This document shows positions 7,465-16,163 of a DNA stretch of 36,296 nt, in pieces; within the stretch, counting starts at the first letter, position 1; each line of letters opens with the position of its first letter. The stretch is taken from positions 1 to 36,296 of IMG/VR virus record IMGVR_UViG_3300026302_000103. One strand, given 5' to 3'. The stretch comes from a virus (taxonomy: Duplodnaviria > Caudoviricetes). The translations under genes and the position numbers were made by a program. Below the pieces are notes generated by a model. The model was not told where the DNA came from. It did no database searches and was given only the letters and a program-made list of their open reading frames with translations.

Positions 7465-8420
7465 TTCTTCATGTCGTCAGCGTATCGGGCGGGAAGGACA
7501 GCACCGCGACGCTCTTGCTCGCCCTTGAAAAAATCGGTCGCGAACGGCTTCGGGCGATCTTCTGCGACACCGGAAACGAGCACTCCGCAGTCTATGAATA
7601 CCTGTCCTACCTCGAACAAGCGCTCGACATCCGAATCGACCGGCTGAAGGCAGACTTCACCGACCAGATCGCCGCAAAGCGACGCTTCATCTCCCGCGAC
7701 CAGCGCGTCGGACGAGACAAGCGGGGAAGAAAGATTCGCTGGAGCAACAAGGCAAAGCGGCGCGCTCTCGAAGTCCTTCACCCTACTGGGAACCCGTTCC
7801 TCGATCTTTGCATCTGGAAGGGTCGATTCCCATCCCGCAAGGCGCAGTTCTGCACGGAAGAGCTGAAGCGGAATATGGCCGTGAGCTACCAGCTTGATTT
7901 GGTCGACGCCGGCTACCAGATCGTGAGCTGGCAGGGAGTTCGTAGAGACGAAAGTCTCAACCGACGGCACGCGAAAAAAATTGAGCGCATCGGGCCGGCT
8001 ATGCGGGCGTTCCGTCCGATCGTTGAATGGACTGCTCTGCAGGTCTTTGACTACTGCGCACAGTGCGGAATTCAGCCGAATCCGCTCTACCTGCAGGGAA
8101 TGGGCCGTGTCGGCTGTATGCCGTGCATCAACGTCGGGAAGGACGAGCTGCGGCAAATCCATGCTCGATTTCCTGAAGCCCTTGATGAAAAGGCTAGGTG
8201 GGAGGCGCTTGTCTCCAAGGCCTCGAAGCGCGGGTTTTCTACTTTCTTCAACAAAGAGCTTCATGCCGCCAATTACGCCGATCGGCGCGTTCACCACGCG
8301 AACCGCGTCGAGGCAGTGATCGAGTGGGCGCACACAACCCGAGGGGGGCGGCAGTTCGATCTGCTCGCCGACCTGGTCGAGCCGACCGCGTGCTCGTCAG
8401 CCTACGGGCTGTGTGAGTAA
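7461..8420 (+). CDS. PAPS reductase family protein (PP-loop, Cys motifs)
   Basis: VVSVSGGKDS, FCDTGNEH, FCTEELK, WQGVRRDES, NPLY..GMGRVGCMPC and C-terminal CSSAYGLCE. Confidence 0.9.
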   Translation: MILHVVSVSGGKDSTATLLLALEKIGRERLRAIFCDTGNEHSAVYEYLSYLEQALDIRIDRLKADFTDQIAAKRRFISRDQRVGRDKRGRKIRWSNKAKRRALEVLHPTGNPFLDLCIWKGRFPSRKAQFCTEELKRNMAVSYQLDLVDAGYQIVSWQGVRRDESLNRRHAKKIERIGPAMRAFRPIVEWTALQVFDYCAQCGIQPNPLYLQGMGRVGCMPCINVGKDELRQIHARFPEALDEKARWEALVSKASKRGFSTFFNKELHAANYADRRVHHANRVEAVIEWAHTTRGGRQFDLLADLVEPTACSSAYGLCE

Positions 8421-8429
8421 GGGGGAGGG

Positions 8430-9383
8430 ATGAACTACTACGAACACCACATCGGAGACTATGCAGAGGCGACCCTGCATTTGAGCTTCGTCGAGGACGC
8501 GGCCTATAGCCGTCTGATTCGGAAATATTACTCGACCGAGCGCCCACTTCCTGCCGACCTGAAACAGGTTCAGAGGCTAATTGGGGCACGCACGCGAGAA
8601 GAAAAATCCGCCGTCGAGGTCGTGCTGAAAGAATTTTTTTCCCTGGGCGACGACGGATGGCACAACGAAAGGTGTGATTTTGAGCTGGCGAAATTCCGCG
8701 CCGGAGAACCCGAGCGCGAGGTCAAAAAGGCCAATGAATCGAACCGGCTAAAGAAGCACCGGGAAGAGAGAAGCGCCCTATTTAAGCGGCTTACCGAGGC
8801 AGGGCATCACGCCTCTTGGAATATCGGCATCGTCGAATTGCGCGAGCTGGTGAAGAAGCATTGCGGCGATTCTGAAACGCCTGCACCGCCGTTACCTGAA
8901 ACGGCACCTGCAACGCCTGCAACGGCTACCCAGTCACCAGTACCCAATCACCAGACACCAGACACCAGTGAAAGTAGGGTAGTGGACGCTGAACCGTCGG
9001 CGGAATCACAGCCACCAGAGAACGCCACTCGCAAGGGGGCGTTGTGCAAGCAGCTTCGCTCACTCGGCATCGACGCTGCGCCACACCTGCAAGGATGGGC
9101 CGAGCTGCTACCGGCCTACAGCGACGCGGAAATCATCGCAGCAGCAGAGCATGCACGGGACAAAAAACCCGGCGAGCGGCTGCACCTGAACTACCTGCTC
9201 CCGATCCTTCGGGACAGGAAGGCACCAACACCGGGAACAGCAACGACCAGCAGCTCGTCCCGGAAATCTCGAATCGACAGCTACGCGGCGCAGGCCGCCG
9301 CAGCAAGGGGGGATCATGGAACCGAAAACCGACCTGACAGAGACGACCGCATCATCGACGGTGAAGTCGTCCGCGTTGCCTGA
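8430..9383 (+). CDS. Replication initiator, YdaU/DUF1376 family
   Basis: MNYYEHHIGDY...LSFVEDAAYSRLIRKYY..E.PLP N-terminus; internal iteron-like repeats. Confidence 0.85.
   Translation: MNYYEHHIGDYAEATLHLSFVEDAAYSRLIRKYYSTERPLPADLKQVQRLIGARTREEKSAVEVVLKEFFSLGDDGWHNERCDFELAKFRAGEPEREVKKANESNRLKKHREERSALFKRLTEAGHHASWNIGIVELRELVKKHCGDSETPAPPLPETAPATPATATQSPVPNHQTPDTSESRVVDAEPSAESQPPENATRKGALCKQLRSLGIDAAPHLQGWAELLPAYSDAEIIAAAEHARDKKPGERLHLNYLLPILRDRKAPTPGTATTSSSSRKSRIDSYAAQAAAARGDHGTENRPDRDDRIIDGEVVRVA
8872..8969 (+). repeat. Candidate replication origin inside the initiator gene
   Basis: CTG(A/C)A(A/C)CG at 8872, 8881, 8896, 8908 and 8917, then about six CCAG(T/A)CA-type heptamers at 8930-8969. 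This resembles the lambda ori inside gene O. Confidence 0.6.
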
Positions 9384-9933
9384 CGCCTGGATCGAGCGAA
9401 TCTTTCAGCGCATGGAAGACCGCTACGGCGCCCTGTGGGCTGACCGCTACGGCGCATTCCCGCGCGCCAGGGTAATGCGATCCTGGGCCGAGGACTTGGC
9501 CGACATGACGCGCGACGAGCTTTCCCGCGGGGTATCAGCTTGCCGCGACCGCAAGTTCCCGCCGACGCTTCCCGAGTTCCGCGAATTGTGCCGCCCGGCC
9601 CTCGACTACGAGCGCGCCTTCATCGAAGCCGTCGAGCAGATGCGCAAGCGCGAAACCGGGGGCGACACTTGGAGCATAGCGGCGGTTTATTGGGCCGCTG
9701 TGAAGCTAGGGTCAGACCTTTCGGCCCATCCATACCCGGCGATCAAAGGCCGCTGGATGGCCGCACTCGACGACGCGATCGAGGGCATCCGCACCGGCAA
9801 GCTGCCGTCCGACGTGCCGCAGCGCCGTGAAGCGCTTCCCGCTCCCGGCCAGTGCAGCGTCCCGCCCGAGGTAGCAAAGCAGCGTCTCGCGAACATCCGC
9901 GACATGCTGGCCCGAAAAATGACCATGCAGTGA
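9316..9933 (+). CDS. Replication protein P-like (helicase loader)
   Basis: IFQRMEDRYGALW...WAEDL...FPPTLPEFRELCRP; follows the initiator gene. Confidence 0.65.
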   Translation: MEPKTDLTETTASSTVKSSALPDAWIERIFQRMEDRYGALWADRYGAFPRARVMRSWAEDLADMTRDELSRGVSACRDRKFPPTLPEFRELCRPALDYERAFIEAVEQMRKRETGGDTWSIAAVYWAAVKLGSDLSAHPYPAIKGRWMAALDDAIEGIRTGKLPSDVPQRREALPAPGQCSVPPEVAKQRLANIRDMLARKMTMQ

Positions 9934-9936
9934 CCG

Positions 9937-10182
9937 ATGTGCGGAGCGAAGCCATGCGAGAAAAAGAGCTGCACTTGGTCGGAAACCCATCGACGGGAAT
10001 GCGAAGCGCGAACCGTGATGCGATGGGACATGGAGAAGCGGAGGGCGTACTACGCCGACGTGAAGGCACGACGCGGGGATCAAGCGCTGCAGGAGTTGCG
10101 TGCCGAGGTAAATCGGCAATGGGCTATGCGCTCGTCCTCGTCGGGCTGTTCTGGATCGCCCGAGCAGTCGCCCTTGTTCTGA
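9937..10182 (+). CDS. Conserved-looking small phage protein
   Basis: HRRECEARTV..W...RRAYY..V..RRG...L..EV..QW pattern; fills the operon gap. Confidence 0.6.
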   Translation: MCGAKPCEKKSCTWSETHRRECEARTVMRWDMEKRRAYYADVKARRGDQALQELRAEVNRQWAMRSSSSGCSGSPEQSPLF

Positions 10183-10201
10183 GTGTGTGGGAGGTGTCGA
10201 A

Positions 10202-10696
10202 ATGATGGCGATGAACGCTGCCGACTCGCGCGCGTGCGCGCATTTGCAACCGATCGAGCTGGTGCTGCCCTACCCGCTGTCGGCTAACCGCTACTGGCGG
10301 ACGTACATGCCCAAGGGATTCAAGGCGCCGGTGACGGTGTGCTCGTCCGAGGCGAAGGCCTACAAGCAGCAAGTCGGATGGCTGGCGAAAGCGGCCGGAA
10401 TCCGTCAGCCGATCACCGGGCGGGTGGCCGTGTCCTACACGCTCTACCCGAAGCGTCCGCAGGACTGGGCCAAGCGAGCAGCGAAAGACCCGGCAGCCTG
10501 GGACGACGGCGTGCTCTGCATCGACCTCGACAACGCGCAGAAGGTGCTCTTCGACGCGCTCAAGGGCGTTGTGATCGAGGACGACAAGTGGGTGCGCCGC
10601 ATCGAGGCCGAGCGCGCAGAGCCGGACGGCGAAGCCCGCCTCGTCGTGCGCATCTGGCCGCTGGCCGCAACATCCCCGCAGGCTTCCCTGCTCTGA
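10202..10696 (+). CDS. rusA: RusA-family Holliday junction resolvase
   Basis: LPYPLSANRYWR and IDLDNAQKVLFDALKGVVIEDDKWV; GGAGG RBS. Confidence 0.92.
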   Translation: MMAMNAADSRACAHLQPIELVLPYPLSANRYWRTYMPKGFKAPVTVCSSEAKAYKQQVGWLAKAAGIRQPITGRVAVSYTLYPKRPQDWAKRAAKDPAAWDDGVLCIDLDNAQKVLFDALKGVVIEDDKWVRRIEAERAEPDGEARLVVRIWPLAATSPQASLL

Positions 10697-10701
10697 CCCC
10701 G

Positions 10702-10977
10702 ATGCAGCAGGCGGCGGTAGCGGCGGAAATCCGAATCGACTGGTTCCAAGTCATCAGCGACTTGGGCCGGCGCGGCTTTCCGTCGCAACTGATCGCCGAC
10801 TCGATCGGTGTCGCGAAGTCGACCTTGCTCGGCTGGAAGCAGGGGGCGGAACCGAAACACGGCGACGGAGAGAAGCTGATCGCCTTCTGGTGCCGCGTCA
10901 TGGAGCGGCAGCGCGAGGCCTTGCCGATGGTGAGCGCCGACGCTTGGTGGGCCTACCACTCGACCCGCGTGCGCTGA
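10702..10977 (+). CDS. Small HTH regulator, candidate late-gene activator
   Basis: HTH SQLIADSIGVAKSTLLGWKQG; last early gene, directly before the first late-promoter palindrome. Confidence 0.65.
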   Translation: MQQAAVAAEIRIDWFQVISDLGRRGFPSQLIADSIGVAKSTLLGWKQGAEPKHGDGEKLIAFWCRVMERQREALPMVSADAWWAYHSTRVR

Positions 10978-10982
10978 CGAAG

Positions 10983-11015
10983 GTCGGGAAACCGACCGCT
11001 GCTTCCTCCGATACT
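10983..11015 (+). promoter_or_regulatory. Late promoter 1
   Basis: GTCGGGAAACCGAC, 13 bp, GATACT. Confidence 0.7.
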
Positions 11016-11038
11016 CGCCTGCGCATGTCCCTTTCCTC

Positions 11039-11277
11039 AACCCACGACCACGGAGACCACGATGCCCCCGCGCAAACTGACCCCGCAAACCCCCGGCGAA
11101 CCGATTCAGGAAGCCGAAACCACGGATCAAAACAGCCCGGAAACGGAACAAACCGCCCCGGAAACGGAACAGCAGGCCGCCCAGGTGGATCAGGCGCCCG
11201 CCGAGGCGACCGAAACCGCCCCCGCTGCCGAAACGCCGGCCGATCCCGAGCCGGAACCCACGACCACGGAGACCACG
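11039..11277 (+). repeat. 23-bp exact direct repeat AACCCACGACCACGGAGACCACG
   Basis: Copies at 11039-11061 and 11255-11277. Confidence 0.85.
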
Positions 11278-11430
11278 GCGCCGGCCGCTGATCCCTCCCC
11301 GGTCGAAGCCGTCGCCGATCCGGTTGCCGAACTCGCCCCCGGTGAGCTGCCCGACGCTTCCGCGATCGACCCGAAGAAGATCACCAAGCCCGTGCTGACC
11401 AAGCAGGGCTACGTCCTGCCGGAGCGTTGA
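11062..11430 (+). CDS. Pro/Glu/Thr/Ala-rich hypothetical protein, first late gene
   Basis: GGAG RBS; disordered repeats followed by LPDASAIDPKKITKPVLTKQGYVLP. Confidence 0.7.
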   Translation: MPPRKLTPQTPGEPIQEAETTDQNSPETEQTAPETEQQAAQVDQAPAEATETAPAAETPADPEPEPTTTETTAPAADPSPVEAVADPVAELAPGELPDASAIDPKKITKPVLTKQGYVLPER

Positions 11431-11431
11431 G

Positions 11432-11659
11432 ATGTGCGGCGGTGGTGGCAGCCCTCCCCCGGTCGTGCAACGCGACCCGAAAGCGGAGGCAGAAGCGGCG
11501 GCCAATGAGGCCGCGATGAAGGCAAACTCAGAGGCAGCATCCCGTCGGCGTCGCAAGCAGGAAAGCAGCCTGCTCGCATCCGGCGCCCAGGGTGTGCAGG
11601 GGCCGGCAGGTTCCTCGCTGCTCGCCTCGGCTCAAGGCAAGGACACACTCGGATCATGA
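11432..11659 (+). CDS. Small virion protein (MCGGGG start) preceding the portal
   Basis: MC start, basic RRRRK and terminal TLG; position typical of pre-portal podovirus proteins. Confidence 0.7.
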   Translation: MCGGGGSPPPVVQRDPKAEAEAAANEAAMKANSEAASRRRRKQESSLLASGAQGVQGPAGSSLLASAQGKDTLGS

Positions 11660-13290
11660 GCGAAACCGCCGACAAGATCGTCAAGCGCCTGGCTGCGCTC
11701 AAAACGCTGCGCCGGCCGCATGAACAGGTCTGGCGCGAATGCTTCGACTTTACCTACCCGCTGCGCGGCTCGGGCTTCAGCTCCGAAGTGCTCGACGCGC
11801 AGCAGGGCCAGTCGAAGCGCGCCAACCTGCTCGACGCGACCGCCACCGATGCGGTGCGCATCCTGGCCTCGGCGATCATGTCGGGCCTGACCCCTGCTAA
11901 CTCCCGCTGGTTCCAGCTCGATGTCGGACAGGAGTCCGAGGATGAACGCCGCTGGCTCGACATGGCGGCTCAAACCCTGTGGGAAAACATCCACATGGCG
12001 AACTTCGATGCGGCCGCCTTTGAAGCCGTTCTCGATGTCGTGTGCGCCGGCTGGTTCGCCCTCTACATCGAGGAAGACCCGGACGAGGGCGGGCTGCGCT
12101 TCCACCAGTGGCCCCTGTCCGGCGTCTATGCCAGCACGACCGACCCCTGCGATGGGGTCGATACCGTTTATCGGTGCTTCACCCTGACCGCCGAGCAGGC
12201 CGTCGCCGAGTTCGGCGAGCAGGAGGAAGGCAGCGAGGGCGGCAAGAGCTTTGGCGTCAGCGAGAAGACCGCCAAGCTCGCCAAGGAAAAGCCCGACGAG
12301 AATATCGAATTCGTGCATGCGATCTACCCGCGCAAGACCAAGGTCGACAATCCCCGCCTCGCGCGCAATCTCCCGGTGGCCTCGGTGCATGTCGAGGTCA
12401 AGGAAAAGCGCATCGTCCGCGAGTCTGGCTATCACGAGATGCCGGTCGTCGTGCCGCGCTGGATGCTGATCCCCGATTCGGTCTATGGCATCGGCCCGGT
12501 CTTCGATTCGCTGCCCGACGTGAAGATGCTCAACGAGCTGAAGCGCATGGAACTGGCATCGGCCGACCTGGCGATCGCCGGCATGTGGATCGCCGAGGAC
12601 GACGGCGTGCTCAATCCCCGCACCGTGAAGGTCGGGCCGCGCAAGATCATCGTTGCGAACTCAGTCGACAGCATGAAGCCGCTGCAGACCGGCGCGAATT
12701 TCGAGCTGTCCGAGGTGCTTTCCGACCAGCTCCAGAAGTCGATCCGCAAGGTGCTGATGGCCGACCAGCTACAGCCCCAGGACGGCCCGGCCATGACGGC
12801 GACCGAGGTGCATGTCCGCGTGAATCTGATCCGGCAACTGCTCGGCCCGATCTACGGCCGACTGCAAGCCGAATACCTGCAGCCGCTGATCGAGCGCTGC
12901 TTCGGCCTAGCTTACCGCGCCGGCGTGTTCGGCCCGTCTCCCGATACCCTGTCCGGGCGAGAGTTCTCCGTCCGGTATCTCTCCCCTCTTGCCCGCGCTC
13001 AAAAGCTCGAAGACGTTACCGCGATCGAGCGCCTGCACGTGAATGTCGCGCAGATCGCCCAGGTGAAGCCGGAAGTGCTCGACCTGATCGACGAGGACGC
13101 GACGGTGCGGATTCTCTCCGACGCCCTGGGCGTGCCGACCAAGGTCGTGCGCAAGACCGCCGACGTGCAGCAGCTCCGGCAAGACCGCGCACAGCAGCAG
13201 CAGGCAGCAGCGCAGCAAGCCCAGGCGGCGCAGATTCAGCAGGCGGCCGGTGAGGCAATGGTCAAGAAAGCCGTCGGAGGTGCCGCGTGA
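11656..13290 (+). CDS. Portal (head-tail connector), T7 gp8/BPP-1-like
   Basis: LASAIMSGLTPANSRWF, PVVVPRW...YGIGP, MTATEV, LLGPIYGRLQAEYLQPLIER and YLSPLARAQ. Confidence 0.93.
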   Translation: MSETADKIVKRLAALKTLRRPHEQVWRECFDFTYPLRGSGFSSEVLDAQQGQSKRANLLDATATDAVRILASAIMSGLTPANSRWFQLDVGQESEDERRWLDMAAQTLWENIHMANFDAAAFEAVLDVVCAGWFALYIEEDPDEGGLRFHQWPLSGVYASTTDPCDGVDTVYRCFTLTAEQAVAEFGEQEEGSEGGKSFGVSEKTAKLAKEKPDENIEFVHAIYPRKTKVDNPRLARNLPVASVHVEVKEKRIVRESGYHEMPVVVPRWMLIPDSVYGIGPVFDSLPDVKMLNELKRMELASADLAIAGMWIAEDDGVLNPRTVKVGPRKIIVANSVDSMKPLQTGANFELSEVLSDQLQKSIRKVLMADQLQPQDGPAMTATEVHVRVNLIRQLLGPIYGRLQAEYLQPLIERCFGLAYRAGVFGPSPDTLSGREFSVRYLSPLARAQKLEDVTAIERLHVNVAQIAQVKPEVLDLIDEDATVRILSDALGVPTKVVRKTADVQQLRQDRAQQQQAAAQQAQAAQIQQAAGEAMVKKAVGGAA

Positions 13291-13526
13291 GCACGAAACC
13301 GATCGGCCCCGAGGTCTATGCCCGCGTGTTCGAGAACCACGCCGAGGGCCGGATGATCCTCGACGACCTGACCGCCCGCTTCGGTGGCGGCATCTACGTG
13401 AAGGGCGGTCTCGAAGGGGATCGCCAGACCTGTTTCAACGCTGGCCGCCGCAGCGTCTTGGATTTCATTCTCGGGCGGATCAACCAAGCAAACGGAGTAG
13501 AAACCGATGAACATCTTGAGGAATAA
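13287..13526 (+). CDS. Bbp19-like small phage protein
   Basis: YARVF...GRMILDDL...FNAGRRSVLDFI, located between portal and scaffold. Confidence 0.75.
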   Translation: MSTKPIGPEVYARVFENHAEGRMILDDLTARFGGGIYVKGGLEGDRQTCFNAGRRSVLDFILGRINQANGVETDEHLEE

Positions 13527-14472
13527 GCATGTTTTCATGGCTGAAGCAGGTGATGGAACGGCAGGCGGCGCAGGCGGCGGTTCGGCAGGCGCAGGCGATG
13601 CGGGTGCAGGCGCTGCTGCTGGTGCAGGCCAGGGCGGCGCGAACGGTGCGGCAGGTGGCACTGGTGCAGCATCTGGCAGCGTCCTGGCTTCCGGCCAAGT
13701 TGCGGCGGGAAGTGGACAAGGCGCTGCAGGCGGCGCTGCTGCTGGCCCCAACGACTGGCTCCCCGAAAAGTACCGCGTCAACAAAGCGGACGGGGCGCTC
13801 GACATCGAAGCGTCGGCGCGCAAGGTAGCCGAGGCGCATCGCCACCTCGAACAGAAGCTCGGCGCCGGTGACGTGCCGCCGAAGACGGCCGAAGAGTACG
13901 CCCCGAAGGTCGAGGCCGAGGGCTTCAACTGGGACGACGTGAAGAACGACGAGAGCATGAAGGGCTTCCTCAAGGGCGCCCATGCCAAGGGCTTCACGAA
14001 CGATCAACTGTCCTACGTCCTGGGCGAGTATTTCAAGGCCGTGCCGGCGGTGATGCAGGGCGCCAAGCAGCTCGACGACAAGGCGGCAACCGCCGAACTG
14101 CGCCAGGTGTGGAAGACCGATGCCGAATTCGGCCAGAACGTCGGCCTCGCCTTCAAGGCCTTCAGCGCCTTCGCTTCCGAAGCCGACCGGGCGAAGATCG
14201 ACGAGATCGGGAATAACCCGATCGTCCTGCGCCTGCTGGCGAACATCGGCAAGGAAATGCAGGAGGACAGCCCGGTCAATGGTGGCAGCCTGCCCGAGGG
14301 CGACTTCAACACCAAGGTGGCCGAGCTGCGCGCCGAGCTGGAGAAGCTGCCCCAGTCCGACCCGCGTCGCAAGCAGGTGAAGGCCGAACTCGACGGCCTC
14401 TACTCCCGCCGTTATGGCACCAAGGCGCAACGCCTTGGCGGTGGCGCATCCCGCGCCACGGCTACCGCTTAA
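13507..14472 (+). CDS. Capsid scaffolding protein
   Basis: Gly/Ala-rich N-terminus, WLPEKY, LEQKLG and helical acidic body; directly upstream of the capsid gene. Confidence 0.8.
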   Translation: MNILRNKHVFMAEAGDGTAGGAGGGSAGAGDAGAGAAAGAGQGGANGAAGGTGAASGSVLASGQVAAGSGQGAAGGAAAGPNDWLPEKYRVNKADGALDIEASARKVAEAHRHLEQKLGAGDVPPKTAEEYAPKVEAEGFNWDDVKNDESMKGFLKGAHAKGFTNDQLSYVLGEYFKAVPAVMQGAKQLDDKAATAELRQVWKTDAEFGQNVGLAFKAFSAFASEADRAKIDEIGNNPIVLRLLANIGKEMQEDSPVNGGSLPEGDFNTKVAELRAELEKLPQSDPRRKQVKAELDGLYSRRYGTKAQRLGGGASRATATA

Positions 14473-14490
14473 CCCCCAACGTCTCAAAAG

Positions 14491-14523
14491 GTCGGGAAAC
14501 CGACCGCACTCTCGCACGATCAT
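14491..14523 (+). promoter_or_regulatory. Late promoter 2 (capsid)
   Basis: GTCGGGAAACCGAC, 13 bp, GATCAT. Confidence 0.7.
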
Positions 14524-14524
14524 C

Positions 14525-14683
14525 GCAGGCATTCCCGGTTAGCCGGGCGGCCTGCGGTGGCGCGCAGATACCCGAACAAGGCCCGCAGGTCGAGCATGGA
14601 ACGCCGATGCCCGATCCCGAGAAGCAGGCCCGCGTAGCGGACACCCTGAAAGGCGACCTTTACCAACTTTTCAGGAGCGCAAC
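14525..14683 (+). ncRNA. Structured 5' leader of capsid mRNA (putative cis-regulatory RNA)
   Basis: Two stem/internal-loop/stem motifs (14548-14574, 14625-14648) and an alternative pairing over the SD; see findings. Confidence 0.6.
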
Positions 14684-15547
14684 ATGTCTCAGTTCATCAC
14701 TGAAGCGTTTGTGCAGCAGTTCGCGGATAACTTCATCCACGTTGCACAACAGAAAACCAGCCGCCTCGAAAGCTGCGTCTCTGTCGAGACCGGCATCAAG
14801 GGCATGTCCAAGAGCATCAACCGCCTCGGCCAGCGCACCGCGCAGCGCCGCACGGTTCGCCACGCCGACACCCCGATCAACGACCAGCCGCACAGCACCC
14901 GCTACGTCGACCTGTTCGACTGGGAAGACGGCGACATGCTCGACGATCAGGACAAGATTCGGATGCTCACCGATCCGCAGTCCGAGTATGTGCAGGCGAT
15001 GGTCGCCTCGCTCAACCGTGCCAAGGACGACGTAATCATCTCGGCCCTGGGCGTCGACTCCCGCAGCTCGACCGGCAACATCATCCTGCCGGCAAGCCAG
15101 AAGATCTCCGTCGGCGGTACCGGCCTGACCAAGACCAAGCTCTTCCAGGCGCGCAAGCTGTTCCGTCAGAACGAGTGCGACGACGAGGCGGGCGAAGAGC
15201 TGTTCATGCTCTACCACTCCCAGGCCTTGAACGACATCCTCGCCGATACGCAGCTCACCAGCGCCGACTGGACTGCGGTGCAGATGCTGCAGAACGGCAC
15301 CCTGTCGGGCAAGTGGATGGGCTTCAACTGGATTCCGATGGAGCGCACCCCGAAATCCGGCACGACCCGCTACACCTACGCCTTCGCCAAGTCCGGCATG
15401 AAGCTCGGTGTGGGCGAGGACATCATGACCCGCATCGGCGAAGACCCCGGCAAGGGCTTCAACGTGCGCATCTACGCCAAGATGTCCGTCGGCGCGGTGC
15501 GTATCGAAGAAGAAAAAGTCGTGGAAATCGCCTGCCTCGATCCCTGA
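14684..15547 (+). CDS. Major capsid protein
   Basis: ITEAFVQQFADN...QQKTSRL, DDQDKIRML.DP.SEY, RAKDDVII, WMGFNWI and GAVRIEEEKVVEI; AGGAG RBS. Confidence 0.9.
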   Translation: MSQFITEAFVQQFADNFIHVAQQKTSRLESCVSVETGIKGMSKSINRLGQRTAQRRTVRHADTPINDQPHSTRYVDLFDWEDGDMLDDQDKIRMLTDPQSEYVQAMVASLNRAKDDVIISALGVDSRSSTGNIILPASQKISVGGTGLTKTKLFQARKLFRQNECDDEAGEELFMLYHSQALNDILADTQLTSADWTAVQMLQNGTLSGKWMGFNWIPMERTPKSGTTRYTYAFAKSGMKLGVGEDIMTRIGEDPGKGFNVRIYAKMSVGAVRIEEEKVVEIACLDP

Positions 15548-15618
15548 TCCTGGCTGATTGACACCGGGCGGCCCTCACGGGCTGCCCATCACCGAACCAA
15601 CATTTTCAGGAGTCCAAC

Positions 15619-16083
15619 ATGGCAAACGGAAACGCAAGTCTCGCAGCGGCCCGCGCGAACCTGCCGCAGCAGCTCGTCAAGGGCAACCAACAGGACGGCG
15701 AGACCAAGGTCTTTTGCTCGACCTTCACCGTCCCCGCAGCCGGCGGCCCCGGCATCGGCGAATACATCTCGTGGGGCTTCCTGCCCTACGGTGCTCGCCT
15801 CCTGCCCGGCTCGAAGATTTACTTCTCGGCTGGCGCCGCGGGATCGACCATCAACCTCGGAGACCCGGCCAGTGCCGCGCGCTACATGGCCGCGACCTCC
15901 GTCGCTGCTGCCGGTAACGCTGTCGCTGAAGCCCAGTATGCCAACGGCGCCTTGGCTGAAGTCGATGTCGTCGCCCTCGGCCAAGCGACCGACAAGAGCG
16001 AACTCCGCTCGACGGTCGCCGGTGCCGCTCTGCAGGCCGGTCAGGTTCTGACGCTGGTCGGGCAGTACGTCACCAACAACTGA
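15619..16083 (+). CDS. Capsid cement / decoration protein (Bbp16-like)
   Basis: 154-aa beta-rich Ala/Gly protein directly after the capsid gene; AGGAG RBS. Confidence 0.65.
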   Translation: MANGNASLAAARANLPQQLVKGNQQDGETKVFCSTFTVPAAGGPGIGEYISWGFLPYGARLLPGSKIYFSAGAAGSTINLGDPASAARYMAATSVAAAGNAVAEAQYANGALAEVDVVALGQATDKSELRSTVAGAALQAGQVLTLVGQYVTNN

Positions 16084-16121
16084 CGCTTCCCGGTTGAACC
16101 TCCCTCCAGTGAAGCACTTTG

Positions 16122-16147
16122 ACCGGGGCCACGTGCCCCGGTTTTTT
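16122..16147 (+). terminator. Terminator after the head genes
   Basis: ACCGGGGC-cacgt-GCCCCGGT followed by a T-run. Confidence 0.8.
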
Positions 16148-16163
16148 CTTCAGGACTCAGAAC

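Noticed and set aside
10890..11291. Alternate-frame ORF with two THDHGDH motifs
   Set aside because: The His motifs are the 23-bp repeat read in another frame; the rest is R/G/P-rich with no convincing RBS.
13540..13750. GGCGCAGGC-type repeats
   Set aside because: Explained by the Gly/Ala low-complexity N-terminus of the scaffold.
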